Shown: positions 36,978 through 45,556 of the stretch, piece by piece | Layout: each line of letters opens with the position of its first letter | How positions within the stretch are numbered: the first letter of the stretch is position 1 | NCBI GenBank assembly: GCA_024640315.1 | Contig: JAHEFF010000006.1 | Location: forward strand, 10,169-74,168 | DNA from: Woeseiaceae bacterium | Lineage (GTDB): Bacteria > Pseudomonadota > Gammaproteobacteria > Steroidobacterales > Woeseiaceae | Direction: 5' to 3' | DNA length: 64,000 bases | The notes under the pieces: model-generated | Told to the model about the DNA's origin: nothing | The model's database searches: none | What the model saw: only the letters and a program-made list of their open reading frames with translations | Program-made: the position numbers and the translations under genes

Positions 36978-39109
36978 CAGGCGGCCCTCAATCGTCGCCG
37001 ATCGGCCCGATTTTGCAGCCAACCGATGAATTTTTTCCGCAGGTTCCACAGGAACACATCGAAAGCACCGGGATTAAATATGATCTCCGCCTTGTAAAAT
37101 GACGGGCAGAGCACTGCTTCATGGGCGACCTCGCCGCAATTGCCGCAACCTACGCAGCTATTGTCCACAAAGGACACGGGCTGCCGTTTCAATGGATCCG
37201 GGTTTGGTTTGACGGTCAACGACGGACAACCACTCAGACGAATACAGGCGTGATCACCCGTACAGGTATCCTCGTCAACGCCAAATCTTTCCCTGACCAC
37301 TCGCTTGCCGTCACCGACTGCTTTTGCGAATAGTGGTTTCTCCCGACGCTGCTTGTTGAGCATGCATTCGGACTGCGCCACCAGCACCTTCGGCCCCGTA
37401 CCTTTCTGCGTCACCGCCTCTTTGAGCGCCTTACGCATCTCGCCAATGTCGTAAGTCCGAACAGTCTTCGTCCACTTGACGCCAATGCCCTGCACCGCTT
37501 TCTCAATCGGGTGCTGCGTGCTTCGACCCTCGGCCTCGCCCTTGCTGGAAAGCAGGTCCTGCCCGCCAGTTGCCGCCGAGTAATTATTGTCAACGACGAT
37601 TGTCAGGCCATCACTTTGGTTGAATACGGCATTGCCAATGCCGCTGGTCAGGCCGTTATGCCAGAACCCACCGTCGCCCATGATTGAAATTGCAGGCCTG
37701 TCGCTTTCCGTATTGAAAGCGGAAGCTCCCGCGGCGCCAAGGCCGTAACCCATCGTGGTATTGCCGATATTGAACGGCGGCAGGATCGAAAACAGGTGGC
37801 AGCCAATGTCAGCGCTGACATGAAATTCACCCATCTCCTGCTGCAACATCTTGAGACTGGCAAACACAGGCCTCTCGGGACAACCCGTACACAGACCTGG
37901 CGGCCGCGGCGGTACGTACCCGTCTATCTCGCTGATGAAGCCGGCAATCTGCTGCATCGGGTCTTCGGGCGGCTTGAAGAAAACCTGATGCTGTTCGAGG
38001 AAACCGACTAGGCCACTGCGCAAAACCTGGATCGTATATTCACCCGCCATTGGAAATACGTCTTTGCCGACCAGGACCGTCGACGAATCCGCGCGGCGTA
38101 ACATACTGCCGACAGACTGCTCGATATAATTTGGCTGACCTTCCTCAATCAGCAATACCGCGTTCTTGCCACGACAGAACGATACAACCTCATCGTCAAT
38201 CATCGGATAAGTGACGTTCATTACGTAGATCGGTATGTCGGAGTTGCCGTAGGTATCAGAGAGTCTCAGGCGCTCGAGCGTGCGAATCAGTGAATTGTAC
38301 AAGCCACCTTGCACAATGATGCCCACATCATCCCGGCCACCTTCAAAGTGCTCGTTCAATCCGTTGGCTTTGATGTATTCAATCGCTGCTGGCCAGCGCT
38401 TGTGGACCTTCTCCTGTTCATGCACAAACGACGCTGGCGGCAGAACGATACGCTCCAGATCTCGCTTTGGATTCTCCAGGGCGTCCCGCAAAGACGGCGA
38501 TGGCCGAACGTTGTCTTTCGCGATAAAGCGCCCGTGAACGTGGCAGGAGCGAATGCGCATTTGCAGAAACACCGGCGTGTTACTCGCTTCTGACAATTCG
38601 AACGCTTGCCCGACGGCTTTGACAATGCTCGGCACATTGGGCCGGGGATCAATGAGCCACATCTGACTCTTCATAGCGAACGCGTGGGTACGCTCCTGCA
38701 TGATGCTGGAGCCCTCGCCATAATCTTCACCGACGATGAATACAACACCGCCCGTCACCCCGCCCGATGCCAGGTTCGCCAATGCGTCGCTGGCCACATT
38801 GGTACCGACTGTCGATTTGAATGTCACGGCGCCACGCAGGGGGTAGTTGACAGACGCCGCCGCCATCGCCGCGGCAGCGGCTTCGTTGGCACTGGTCTCG
38901 AAATGTATACCGAGTTCGCCGAGAATTTCCTCGGCGTCTGACAGGACGTCCATCAGGTGTGAAATGGGTGAACCCTGGTAGCCACCAACGTAGGCAACGC
39001 CGGACTCCAGCAGCGCCTTGGTAATCGCAAGAATACCTTCACCGGCGAATTCCTCGCCGGCTCCGATCCGCAATTTTTCTACTTCTTTTCGGAAGGAGCG
39101 TTCAGCCAA
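36977..39109 (-). CDS. iorA: indolepyruvate (arylpyruvate) ferredoxin oxidoreductase, alpha subunit (TPP, 4Fe-4S)
   Basis: 710 aa, TTG start giving (M)AERSF. Has the TPP motif GDGGFWHNG and ferredoxin-type Cys clusters CTGC.ERP and CVGCGNCGEV. Confidence 0.9.
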   Translation of the reverse strand: MAERSFRKEVEKLRIGAGEEFAGEGILAITKALLESGVAYVGGYQGSPISHLMDVLSDAEEILGELGIHFETSANEAAAAAMAAASVNYPLRGAVTFKSTVGTNVASDALANLASGGVTGGVVFIVGEDYGEGSSIMQERTHAFAMKSQMWLIDPRPNVPSIVKAVGQAFELSEASNTPVFLQMRIRSCHVHGRFIAKDNVRPSPSLRDALENPKRDLERIVLPPASFVHEQEKVHKRWPAAIEYIKANGLNEHFEGGRDDVGIIVQGGLYNSLIRTLERLRLSDTYGNSDIPIYVMNVTYPMIDDEVVSFCRGKNAVLLIEEGQPNYIEQSVGSMLRRADSSTVLVGKDVFPMAGEYTIQVLRSGLVGFLEQHQVFFKPPEDPMQQIAGFISEIDGYVPPRPPGLCTGCPERPVFASLKMLQQEMGEFHVSADIGCHLFSILPPFNIGNTTMGYGLGAAGASAFNTESDRPAISIMGDGGFWHNGLTSGIGNAVFNQSDGLTIVVDNNYSAATGGQDLLSSKGEAEGRSTQHPIEKAVQGIGVKWTKTVRTYDIGEMRKALKEAVTQKGTGPKVLVAQSECMLNKQRREKPLFAKAVGDGKRVVRERFGVDEDTCTGDHACIRLSGCPSLTVKPNPDPLKRQPVSFVDNSCVGCGNCGEVAHEAVLCPSFYKAEIIFNPGAFDVFLWNLRKKFIGWLQNRADRRRLRAA

Positions 39110-39330
39110 GTCTCGACACCGTTATTGCCAATATCCGGCACCATGATAGACCACTGTCGGGTTCGCGCGGTCTTTGTAGCGTAATCGACGTCAAAGCGGT
39201 CCAGGTACATGGGTGCGATCGCTTCACCGCAGATGCCTGGAAAGATCGGGATCAGCATAACATTTTAAGGTTAAAATATCAGTCGACTGCCATCGTCATT
39301 ATCCCGCCCTGATCGCATAAGGCTTTGTTT

Positions 39331-40632
39331 TTACTTACGTTCGTCAATGACACGAACCGCCTTGCCTTCCGATCGCGCCACTTCACCGGGTTCGCAGACG
39401 TCGATTGTGGCGCTAACACCGACATAGTCCTTGATACCTTTTTTCAGTTCTCTCGCAACCGCGGCAGAATCGGCATCGGCAGCCTCGACCGTTTTTTCAA
39501 CCTGCACCGTGATGACATCGAGCTGGCCGTCCCGGGCAACTCGAATCTGGTAGTGCGGAGCCAATGCGCTGACCGCCAGCACCCGCTCCTCGATCTGCGT
39601 CGGGAACACGTTAACGCCTCGGATGATCAGCATGTCATCACTGCGGCCTGTGATCTTGTCCATGCGGCGCATGGTGCGCGCAGTGCCCGGCAACAATCGC
39701 GTCAGATCGCGAGTGCGGTAACGAATGATCGGCAACGCCTCTTTAGACAGCGACGTAAAGACGAGCTCACCCATTTCGCCATCCGGCAAAGGCTCTCCGG
39801 TTTCCGGATTGATAATCTCGGGATAGAAATGATCTTCCCAGATCGTGGGCCCGTCCTTCGTTTCGATACATTCGTTGGCCACGCCCGGGCCGATGACTTC
39901 GGACAGGCCGTAGATATCGACTGCATCGAGGCCACAGCGTTCTTCGATTTCCTTGCGCATTGCATCACCCCAGGGTTCGGCACCAAAAATACCGACCTTG
40001 AGTGAGCACTTCGCACAATCCAGTCCCTGGCGCTCGAACTCGTCCGCAATGTTCAACATGTAAGAAGGTGTCACCATGATGATGTCGGGCTCGAAGTCAT
40101 GGATGAGCTGCACTTGCTTCGGCGTCTGCCCGCCCGACATCGGTATGACCATCGCCCCGAGTTTCTCTGCACCATAGTGCGCACCGAGACCACCGGTGAA
40201 GAGGCCATAACCGTACGCCACGTGAACTTTGTCGTCCGGACCACCGCCACTGGCGCGAATCGAGCGCGCAACGACGGTCGCCCAGGTCTCGATGTCATTC
40301 CTGGTGTAGCCGACTACTGTCGGCTTGCCGGTGGTTCCACTGGACGCGTGTATGCGAACAACGTCTCGCTGTGGAACGGCGAACATGCCAAACGGATAGG
40401 CCTGGCGCAGGTCATCTTTAACCGTGAAAGGAAACTTCGCGAGATCTTCGAGCGAACTGAGATCAGCTGGTGAAACGCCTGCCTGCTCACACTTGACGCG
40501 GTAAGGCGCAACGTTTTCGTAGGTATGTCGAATCGACCATTTCAGTCGTTCGAGCTGCAGGCCTCTTAATTCATCGACACTCGCTGTCTCAATGGGCTCG
40601 AGCTCGCCAGGATTGGGGACACGATTGACCAC
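39331..40632 (-). CDS. paaK: phenylacetate--CoA ligase family (arylacetate-CoA ligase)
   Basis: 433 aa. Contains SSGTTGKPTVVGYT, the YGLSE region and a C-terminal IDERK-type tail, which matches PaaK architecture. Confidence 0.9.
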   Translation of the reverse strand: MVNRVPNPGELEPIETASVDELRGLQLERLKWSIRHTYENVAPYRVKCEQAGVSPADLSSLEDLAKFPFTVKDDLRQAYPFGMFAVPQRDVVRIHASSGTTGKPTVVGYTRNDIETWATVVARSIRASGGGPDDKVHVAYGYGLFTGGLGAHYGAEKLGAMVIPMSGGQTPKQVQLIHDFEPDIIMVTPSYMLNIADEFERQGLDCAKCSLKVGIFGAEPWGDAMRKEIEERCGLDAVDIYGLSEVIGPGVANECIETKDGPTIWEDHFYPEIINPETGEPLPDGEMGELVFTSLSKEALPIIRYRTRDLTRLLPGTARTMRRMDKITGRSDDMLIIRGVNVFPTQIEERVLAVSALAPHYQIRVARDGQLDVITVQVEKTVEAADADSAAVARELKKGIKDYVGVSATIDVCEPGEVARSEGKAVRVIDERK

Positions 40633-40644
40633 AATTCTCTCCGT

Positions 40645-43026
40645 CTAGTAATGCAGGGTTACTTCTGATTGTTTGTTGGCTTCTACTTCATCGGCATAGA
40701 ACCACACCCTTTTCCTGTCAAACCGATAATACATCTCAAACTGGTCGTCGTAATGCGCTCCTTTTGTACCGTCGGGCGAAATAAAGGCGCTCTGGCCCGG
40801 CGGCGTGACTTCCCAGGCAACGATCGCATCACGTTGCATCACGATCATGTTATTTTCCGTGCCACGGTTCTGCTCCATTGGGGCAACCATCAGTTCGTCT
40901 TCACCTGCCTGCGGTATCCCGAGGAAGTTGCGCGTGGAAAACGGGCGCTTCGCGACCGGCAAGCGAAGCTCTGCCAGTGCCTGCCCCTTTTCTTCCGTCA
41001 GCTGCCTCACCGCATCACGCAAGGCGGCTTCAACGACGTCATTGGCGGATTCGCCATTCAGGATATCGATTTTGGCTCTGCCCTCGAGCGCTTCGACTAT
41101 CGCCTTGAGCCCGGCCGGTATATTGGTGCCGGCGCCGGTCGGCACATCTGCCGTGGGATAACCCGATGCCGCGAAATACGGGTAGGCAGCGCCAAGGTCG
41201 TCGCTCAGAACCCGCTCGTTCAACGCCCCAATGAATGTCCGGAAGATAGCCGTTGCAGCCTCATCGTAAAAACCGTCCGCATCACCATCGCGCGATGACC
41301 GATTCCAGGCTTGCAAGATGTCATTGGCTTCGCGCAAACGCGCATTGTCGGACGAGCTGGCAGCAACTTCGATCAACGGCAGGAAGTAACGAGCGTATAT
41401 ATCTGCATACGAGCTGCTCTTGATTACCGCCCAGGCTTCGTCCGCTGTGAATTTATCCTTCCCGGACAATTCCTGCTGCAGGAACTCGACGCGATCCGCA
41501 GCAGACCAGCTGTAGAAGAAAAAGTCCGGGTTCATGACGCCATGACCCGGCTTGTTGTTCCAGTTAGCAAGAAAATCCGAGACCGGGTTCAGCACATGTG
41601 GATTCGCCAGCTGAACAGACTGGCGACCTTGCCAGTCCATGGTGCCGTCGCCTTTAACCGGAAAGCGGTTGTCATGTCCGGCAGCACGCTGCGGGAACTG
41701 GCCACCGTGAAAGTAACCTATATTGCCATCGACGTCGGCGAAATACATGTTGACGTTAATCGCCGATTTTTCCGCTTCGACTTTCCACTGCTCCCAGTCG
41801 GGAACCCATGTTGCATAGAGCCACGCCAGGAGCGTATCAAGCTCGCCACCGTCCCACGACCGGTGCTTCGCGTAGGCCACCCTGGCGTCATGATCCAGCC
41901 GAATGATCGGGCCATGCACCGAGCGGTAGACCTCGTGATCTACGTCCTCGCCGTTACGCACCTTGATTCGCTCAACGCGATGCTCGAGGTCAACATAGTC
42001 GCCATCGTAAAGATACTGTTCGGGATTCGCCGGATTCAATTGTTCAGCAAATATGTCGACGATATCGCTGGCACCCCAGGTGCTTCCCCATGAAATGGTC
42101 TTGTTGTGCCCGAACATGACCATCGGATAGCCGAATGGTGTGTTGCCGACCACGTCTATGCCGGGACCATGCATTCCGACCGAGTAAACGTAAGATGGAC
42201 TGAACCAGCCGAACTGTGGGCCGTTGATCAGGATCGACCCGCCGTCGACCAGCTTATCTCTGCCAATAACGTAGCAATTGCTGAAACCGGACGTGACCGG
42301 AGCGGCAAACACGTTTTCTAACTCAAGTCCCGGCACTTCGCTCATGCCCGCCGAAGCAAGCGAATCGGGAGCACGGCGCGACCAGTCTGCTCGTGGAATC
42401 GTGGTCGGTGCATTATCCGTGAATCGTGGATTTAGCAAATCAAACAGGTCGAGAGCAGCTTGGCGACCGTGTTGTTTTTCCAATGCCGCCAGTATTGCGG
42501 CGTTCTCGAGTTCGGTATTGTAGTCCCCGTATCGATTATTCATCGTGCCGATAAAGATCATAGCGACGTCGTAGGCGGTCCAGTCTGCCGGCGAGAAATC
42601 GAGGTCGATAAACTGCTTCGGCATCAGCGTATCGGGCGACTTATAGATCTCGTTTAGCCACGAATTGACACCTGCAGCATATCCCTCGAACACGTCGAGA
42701 TCGTTCTGCTTGAGCTCATTCAGCTGGCGTTGGATCGACGCAGGATCAAAAAGCGCCCGCGTGTTTTTATCGTAATCGAGGTGCTCCGGCCCGAGCACTT
42801 CCGCCACCGTGCCCTGAGTACTCCGCCGCGACATCTCCATCTGGAACAGACGGTCCTGGGCAATCGAGTACCCGTAGCCGTAATAAAGACCGAAAGTATC
42901 GTCCGCATAGATGTGCGGCGTTCCATAGTCGTCCCGGACGATACGCACATAATTTGGATTTCTTGCTGTATTGACAGTGCAGGCTGCCAGCACGAGCAAC
43001 GTAGCTATTGTGATTATTTTCTTCAT
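40645..43026 (-). CDS. penicillin/AHL-acylase family Ntn-hydrolase, lipoprotein
   Basis: Trimmed to MKKIITIATLLVLAAC (lipobox). Has RDDYGTPHIYADD, AQDRLFQME and the beta-chain N-terminal nucleophile context GFSNCYVIG. Confidence 0.9.
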   Translation of the reverse strand: MKKIITIATLLVLAACTVNTARNPNYVRIVRDDYGTPHIYADDTFGLYYGYGYSIAQDRLFQMEMSRRSTQGTVAEVLGPEHLDYDKNTRALFDPASIQRQLNELKQNDLDVFEGYAAGVNSWLNEIYKSPDTLMPKQFIDLDFSPADWTAYDVAMIFIGTMNNRYGDYNTELENAAILAALEKQHGRQAALDLFDLLNPRFTDNAPTTIPRADWSRRAPDSLASAGMSEVPGLELENVFAAPVTSGFSNCYVIGRDKLVDGGSILINGPQFGWFSPSYVYSVGMHGPGIDVVGNTPFGYPMVMFGHNKTISWGSTWGASDIVDIFAEQLNPANPEQYLYDGDYVDLEHRVERIKVRNGEDVDHEVYRSVHGPIIRLDHDARVAYAKHRSWDGGELDTLLAWLYATWVPDWEQWKVEAEKSAINVNMYFADVDGNIGYFHGGQFPQRAAGHDNRFPVKGDGTMDWQGRQSVQLANPHVLNPVSDFLANWNNKPGHGVMNPDFFFYSWSAADRVEFLQQELSGKDKFTADEAWAVIKSSSYADIYARYFLPLIEVAASSSDNARLREANDILQAWNRSSRDGDADGFYDEAATAIFRTFIGALNERVLSDDLGAAYPYFAASGYPTADVPTGAGTNIPAGLKAIVEALEGRAKIDILNGESANDVVEAALRDAVRQLTEEKGQALAELRLPVAKRPFSTRNFLGIPQAGEDELMVAPMEQNRGTENNMIVMQRDAIVAWEVTPPGQSAFISPDGTKGAHYDDQFEMYYRFDRKRVWFYADEVEANKQSEVTLHY

Positions 43027-43035
43027 TTTTTCAGG

Positions 43036-43068
43036 AAAAAAAAGGGTGCATTGCTGCACCCTTTTTAT
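43036..43068 (-). terminator. strong intrinsic (bidirectional-looking) terminator after the TBDR gene
   Basis: aaaaaaaa-gggtgca-ttgc-tgcaccc-ttttt. On the minus strand the GC stem is followed by eight T. It sits 21 nt after the TBDR stop, and its T-tract ends 9 nt before the acylase ATG. Confidence 0.7.
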
Positions 43069-43088
43069 ATACCAGCTTTCACCGTGGA

Positions 43089-45347
43089 TCAGAAGTTCAC
43101 CAATGCAGTGACACCGACTGTCATCGGATCACTCCAGACACCGATGGACCCCGGACCAATGCGATACGAGTGCTTGATATAAACCTCGTCTGTAAGGTTC
43201 TTGCCCCACAGCGTCAATTCATAGCGGTCCTCGGGAGATACCCAGCGAACGCTCGCATGGAGCAGGTTGGCTTCCTCGATAATTGTTTCGGTATTGGTCA
43301 CAAAGTCGACATGCTGATCGTCCGTATGACTGTACTGTGCGCGGAAATTCCAGTCGCCGTTGCGGGATGTCATGTCGTAGTTGGCGACGATATTGTAGGA
43401 GTTCTTCGGTGACTGGCGAAGCGGAAAACCGGAGAAATCCTGCGGTCCGGTAGCTGTGTTCAGCGTCAGGCCGCTAACTTCCGAATCGAGGTAAGCGTAG
43501 TTACCGGAGAGCGAGAAATTCTCTGTCGCGACCCAGTAGAAATCGACTTCGAGACCCTTGATGTCCGAGCTACCGATGTTAGTCGTTTGGAAAGTGCCGA
43601 ATGCCGACCCGGGTACCGGGCCAAAGCGCACAACCTGCAAATCGGTGTAGTCCATGAGGAACAACGACGCGTTGAGCCGCAAGGTGTTATCGGCGAAGTC
43701 ACCCTTCATGCCGATTTCGTAGTTGATGACGTCCTCTGGTTCAACCGGATTGCTTGCGGCCGCCTCGACACCCTGCGAGCCTGCAAACCCGCCGGACTTG
43801 TAACCCGTCGATACGGTACCGTAATACATCACGTCACCGCCCGGATTGAATTGCGCCGATACCATCGGAGAGAAATCCGTCCAGCTGTTCGAAGTCGCTA
43901 TGCCGAATGTTTCCGCGATAATACTGAGGCTGCCGCCGACACCCGCACATTCCGGGAAGTTGGGGAATCCCGCAGCCGCGCGGTCCGCCTCGTCCATACC
44001 GCAGTTGACTGCGGTCGCGGCATAGTCACGTTCATCCCGGGTCCAGCGTCCACCGAACGACAGTGTCCAGGCGTCATTGATGTCCCAGTTTGCATGACCA
44101 TAAGCCGCATAACTGGTGGTTTCGTTTTCGGTCTTTGTGTACTCATTGCCGAGCGTGGTCTGGCCATTCGCCGTCGTATAATTGGCAAGCTTGAACTGCT
44201 CGGGACGCCAGGTTTCTTCAGTCAAATAGTAGAGACCGCCCACCCACCGAACCGGGCCGTCGCCCGTCGATGTCCAGCGGAATTCCTGGGAGAATGTATC
44301 GATTTCCTCGTCGATGGCATCGACGACGTCGACACCCCAGTTGCCATTCGGTACGTCAGAGCCGCCTCCGGCGGGTGCGCCGATCGAAGGCATTTCCCAG
44401 CTCGACTTCGTGTTACGAACACCGGTGATCGTTGTCAATATGCCCGATTCGAAATCGATGTCACCCTGCAGGCTAAGGCCGGAGCCTTCGCGTTTTGAAA
44501 AACCAATCAATGGTGATGCGTTCGTGCCGGGTCGTCCTGCACCCAGGGCAGTTGCGGCACCGATGTAGTCGAAATTACCGTTTGCGATTGGAGCTCTGCC
44601 CATGTCGGTACGCTCGTCGTCCCAGGTATCGGCTGACATGAACCACTCAGACGAATCGAGTTCGAGAAGCAATTGCCCGCGAATGGACGTAAAGTCCTCG
44701 TCCTGCACATCCATTTCGCGATGCGTATTCCGGACAAACCCGTCATGCTCACGGTGATTCACAACGATCTTGCCTGAAAGCGTCTCCGTCAGCCCACCTG
44801 TGATCAGGCCCTGGTAACGCAGAATTCCTTCATTGCCGACTGTTACTGCAGCCTTGCCGCCTAATTCATTTTCCGGCCGCGAGGTGACGACATTGATGGC
44901 ACCTCCAACAGCATTTCGTCCGAACAGGGTTCCCTGCGGGCCCTTCAGGACTTCGACGCGGTCCAGGTCAAACAGGTCGAAGTTGATGCCTGCCTGGCGA
45001 CCGATGTAGACGCCGTCGAGAAACAAAGCAACGGAGTTATCAAGCCCGGCGCCATCGTCGACAGACCCGACACCACGCATCGAAATGTATGCCTGACCCG
45101 GTGCGAACTCGGCGAAAGCCATTCCGGGCGTATTGAGTGCGACGGTCGTAGCATCAAAAATACCTGCCGCTGCGAGCTCTTCCGAGCCGATCGCGGTTAC
45201 CGCGATTGGCACATCCTGGATACTCTCTTCGCGATGCGTCGCGGTTACGACGATTTCTTCGAGCTGCTGTGCCATGGTCGGCGCCGACAATGTCAACGTT
45301 GCAGCACATGCCATCGACAGGCCTGTTATCTGGTTCTTCCCAATCAT
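43089..45347 (-). CDS. TonB-dependent receptor
   Basis: 752 aa with signal peptide, plug motifs (EEIVVTATHREESIQDVP, RVEVLKGPQGTLFGRN) and a C-terminal aromatic residue (..LVNF). Confidence 0.92.
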   Translation of the reverse strand: MIGKNQITGLSMACAATLTLSAPTMAQQLEEIVVTATHREESIQDVPIAVTAIGSEELAAAGIFDATTVALNTPGMAFAEFAPGQAYISMRGVGSVDDGAGLDNSVALFLDGVYIGRQAGINFDLFDLDRVEVLKGPQGTLFGRNAVGGAINVVTSRPENELGGKAAVTVGNEGILRYQGLITGGLTETLSGKIVVNHREHDGFVRNTHREMDVQDEDFTSIRGQLLLELDSSEWFMSADTWDDERTDMGRAPIANGNFDYIGAATALGAGRPGTNASPLIGFSKREGSGLSLQGDIDFESGILTTITGVRNTKSSWEMPSIGAPAGGGSDVPNGNWGVDVVDAIDEEIDTFSQEFRWTSTGDGPVRWVGGLYYLTEETWRPEQFKLANYTTANGQTTLGNEYTKTENETTSYAAYGHANWDINDAWTLSFGGRWTRDERDYAATAVNCGMDEADRAAAGFPNFPECAGVGGSLSIIAETFGIATSNSWTDFSPMVSAQFNPGGDVMYYGTVSTGYKSGGFAGSQGVEAAASNPVEPEDVINYEIGMKGDFADNTLRLNASLFLMDYTDLQVVRFGPVPGSAFGTFQTTNIGSSDIKGLEVDFYWVATENFSLSGNYAYLDSEVSGLTLNTATGPQDFSGFPLRQSPKNSYNIVANYDMTSRNGDWNFRAQYSHTDDQHVDFVTNTETIIEEANLLHASVRWVSPEDRYELTLWGKNLTDEVYIKHSYRIGPGSIGVWSDPMTVGVTALVNF

Positions 45348-45421
45348 TCTATTACCCCGAAAACAATTTTGATTACAATTTGGACTGCCAATATTTAATA
45401 GTTAAAGCAATCGACCAAGAA

Positions 45422-45451
45422 ATGATACGGAATGCGTCAACGCGCAATCAA
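45422..45451 (-). promoter_or_regulatory. sigma70-type promoter candidate (TTGATT-N18-TATCAT) in the AT-rich 209-bp region upstream of the TBDR
   Basis: Hexamers read on the minus strand. This is the only clearly AT-rich intergenic stretch in this part of the window. Confidence 0.3.
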
Positions 45452-45556
45452 CTATGTATCAGATTGGAATCGACGCTTGACCTTAACTCGTTATTAATCA
45501 GTAAATTAGAATATAATTGTTGCAACTGTAACGACGCTGGTTACGCTTGTTTTGCG

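Noticed and set aside
39325-40005. 226-aa plus-strand ORF
   Set aside because: Antisense to paaK.
45348-45556. Fur box upstream of the TonB-dependent receptor
   Set aside because: The region is AT-rich with fragments such as AATGATA and AATTAGAATATAATT. No 19-bp match to GATAATGATAATCATTATC is better than chance.
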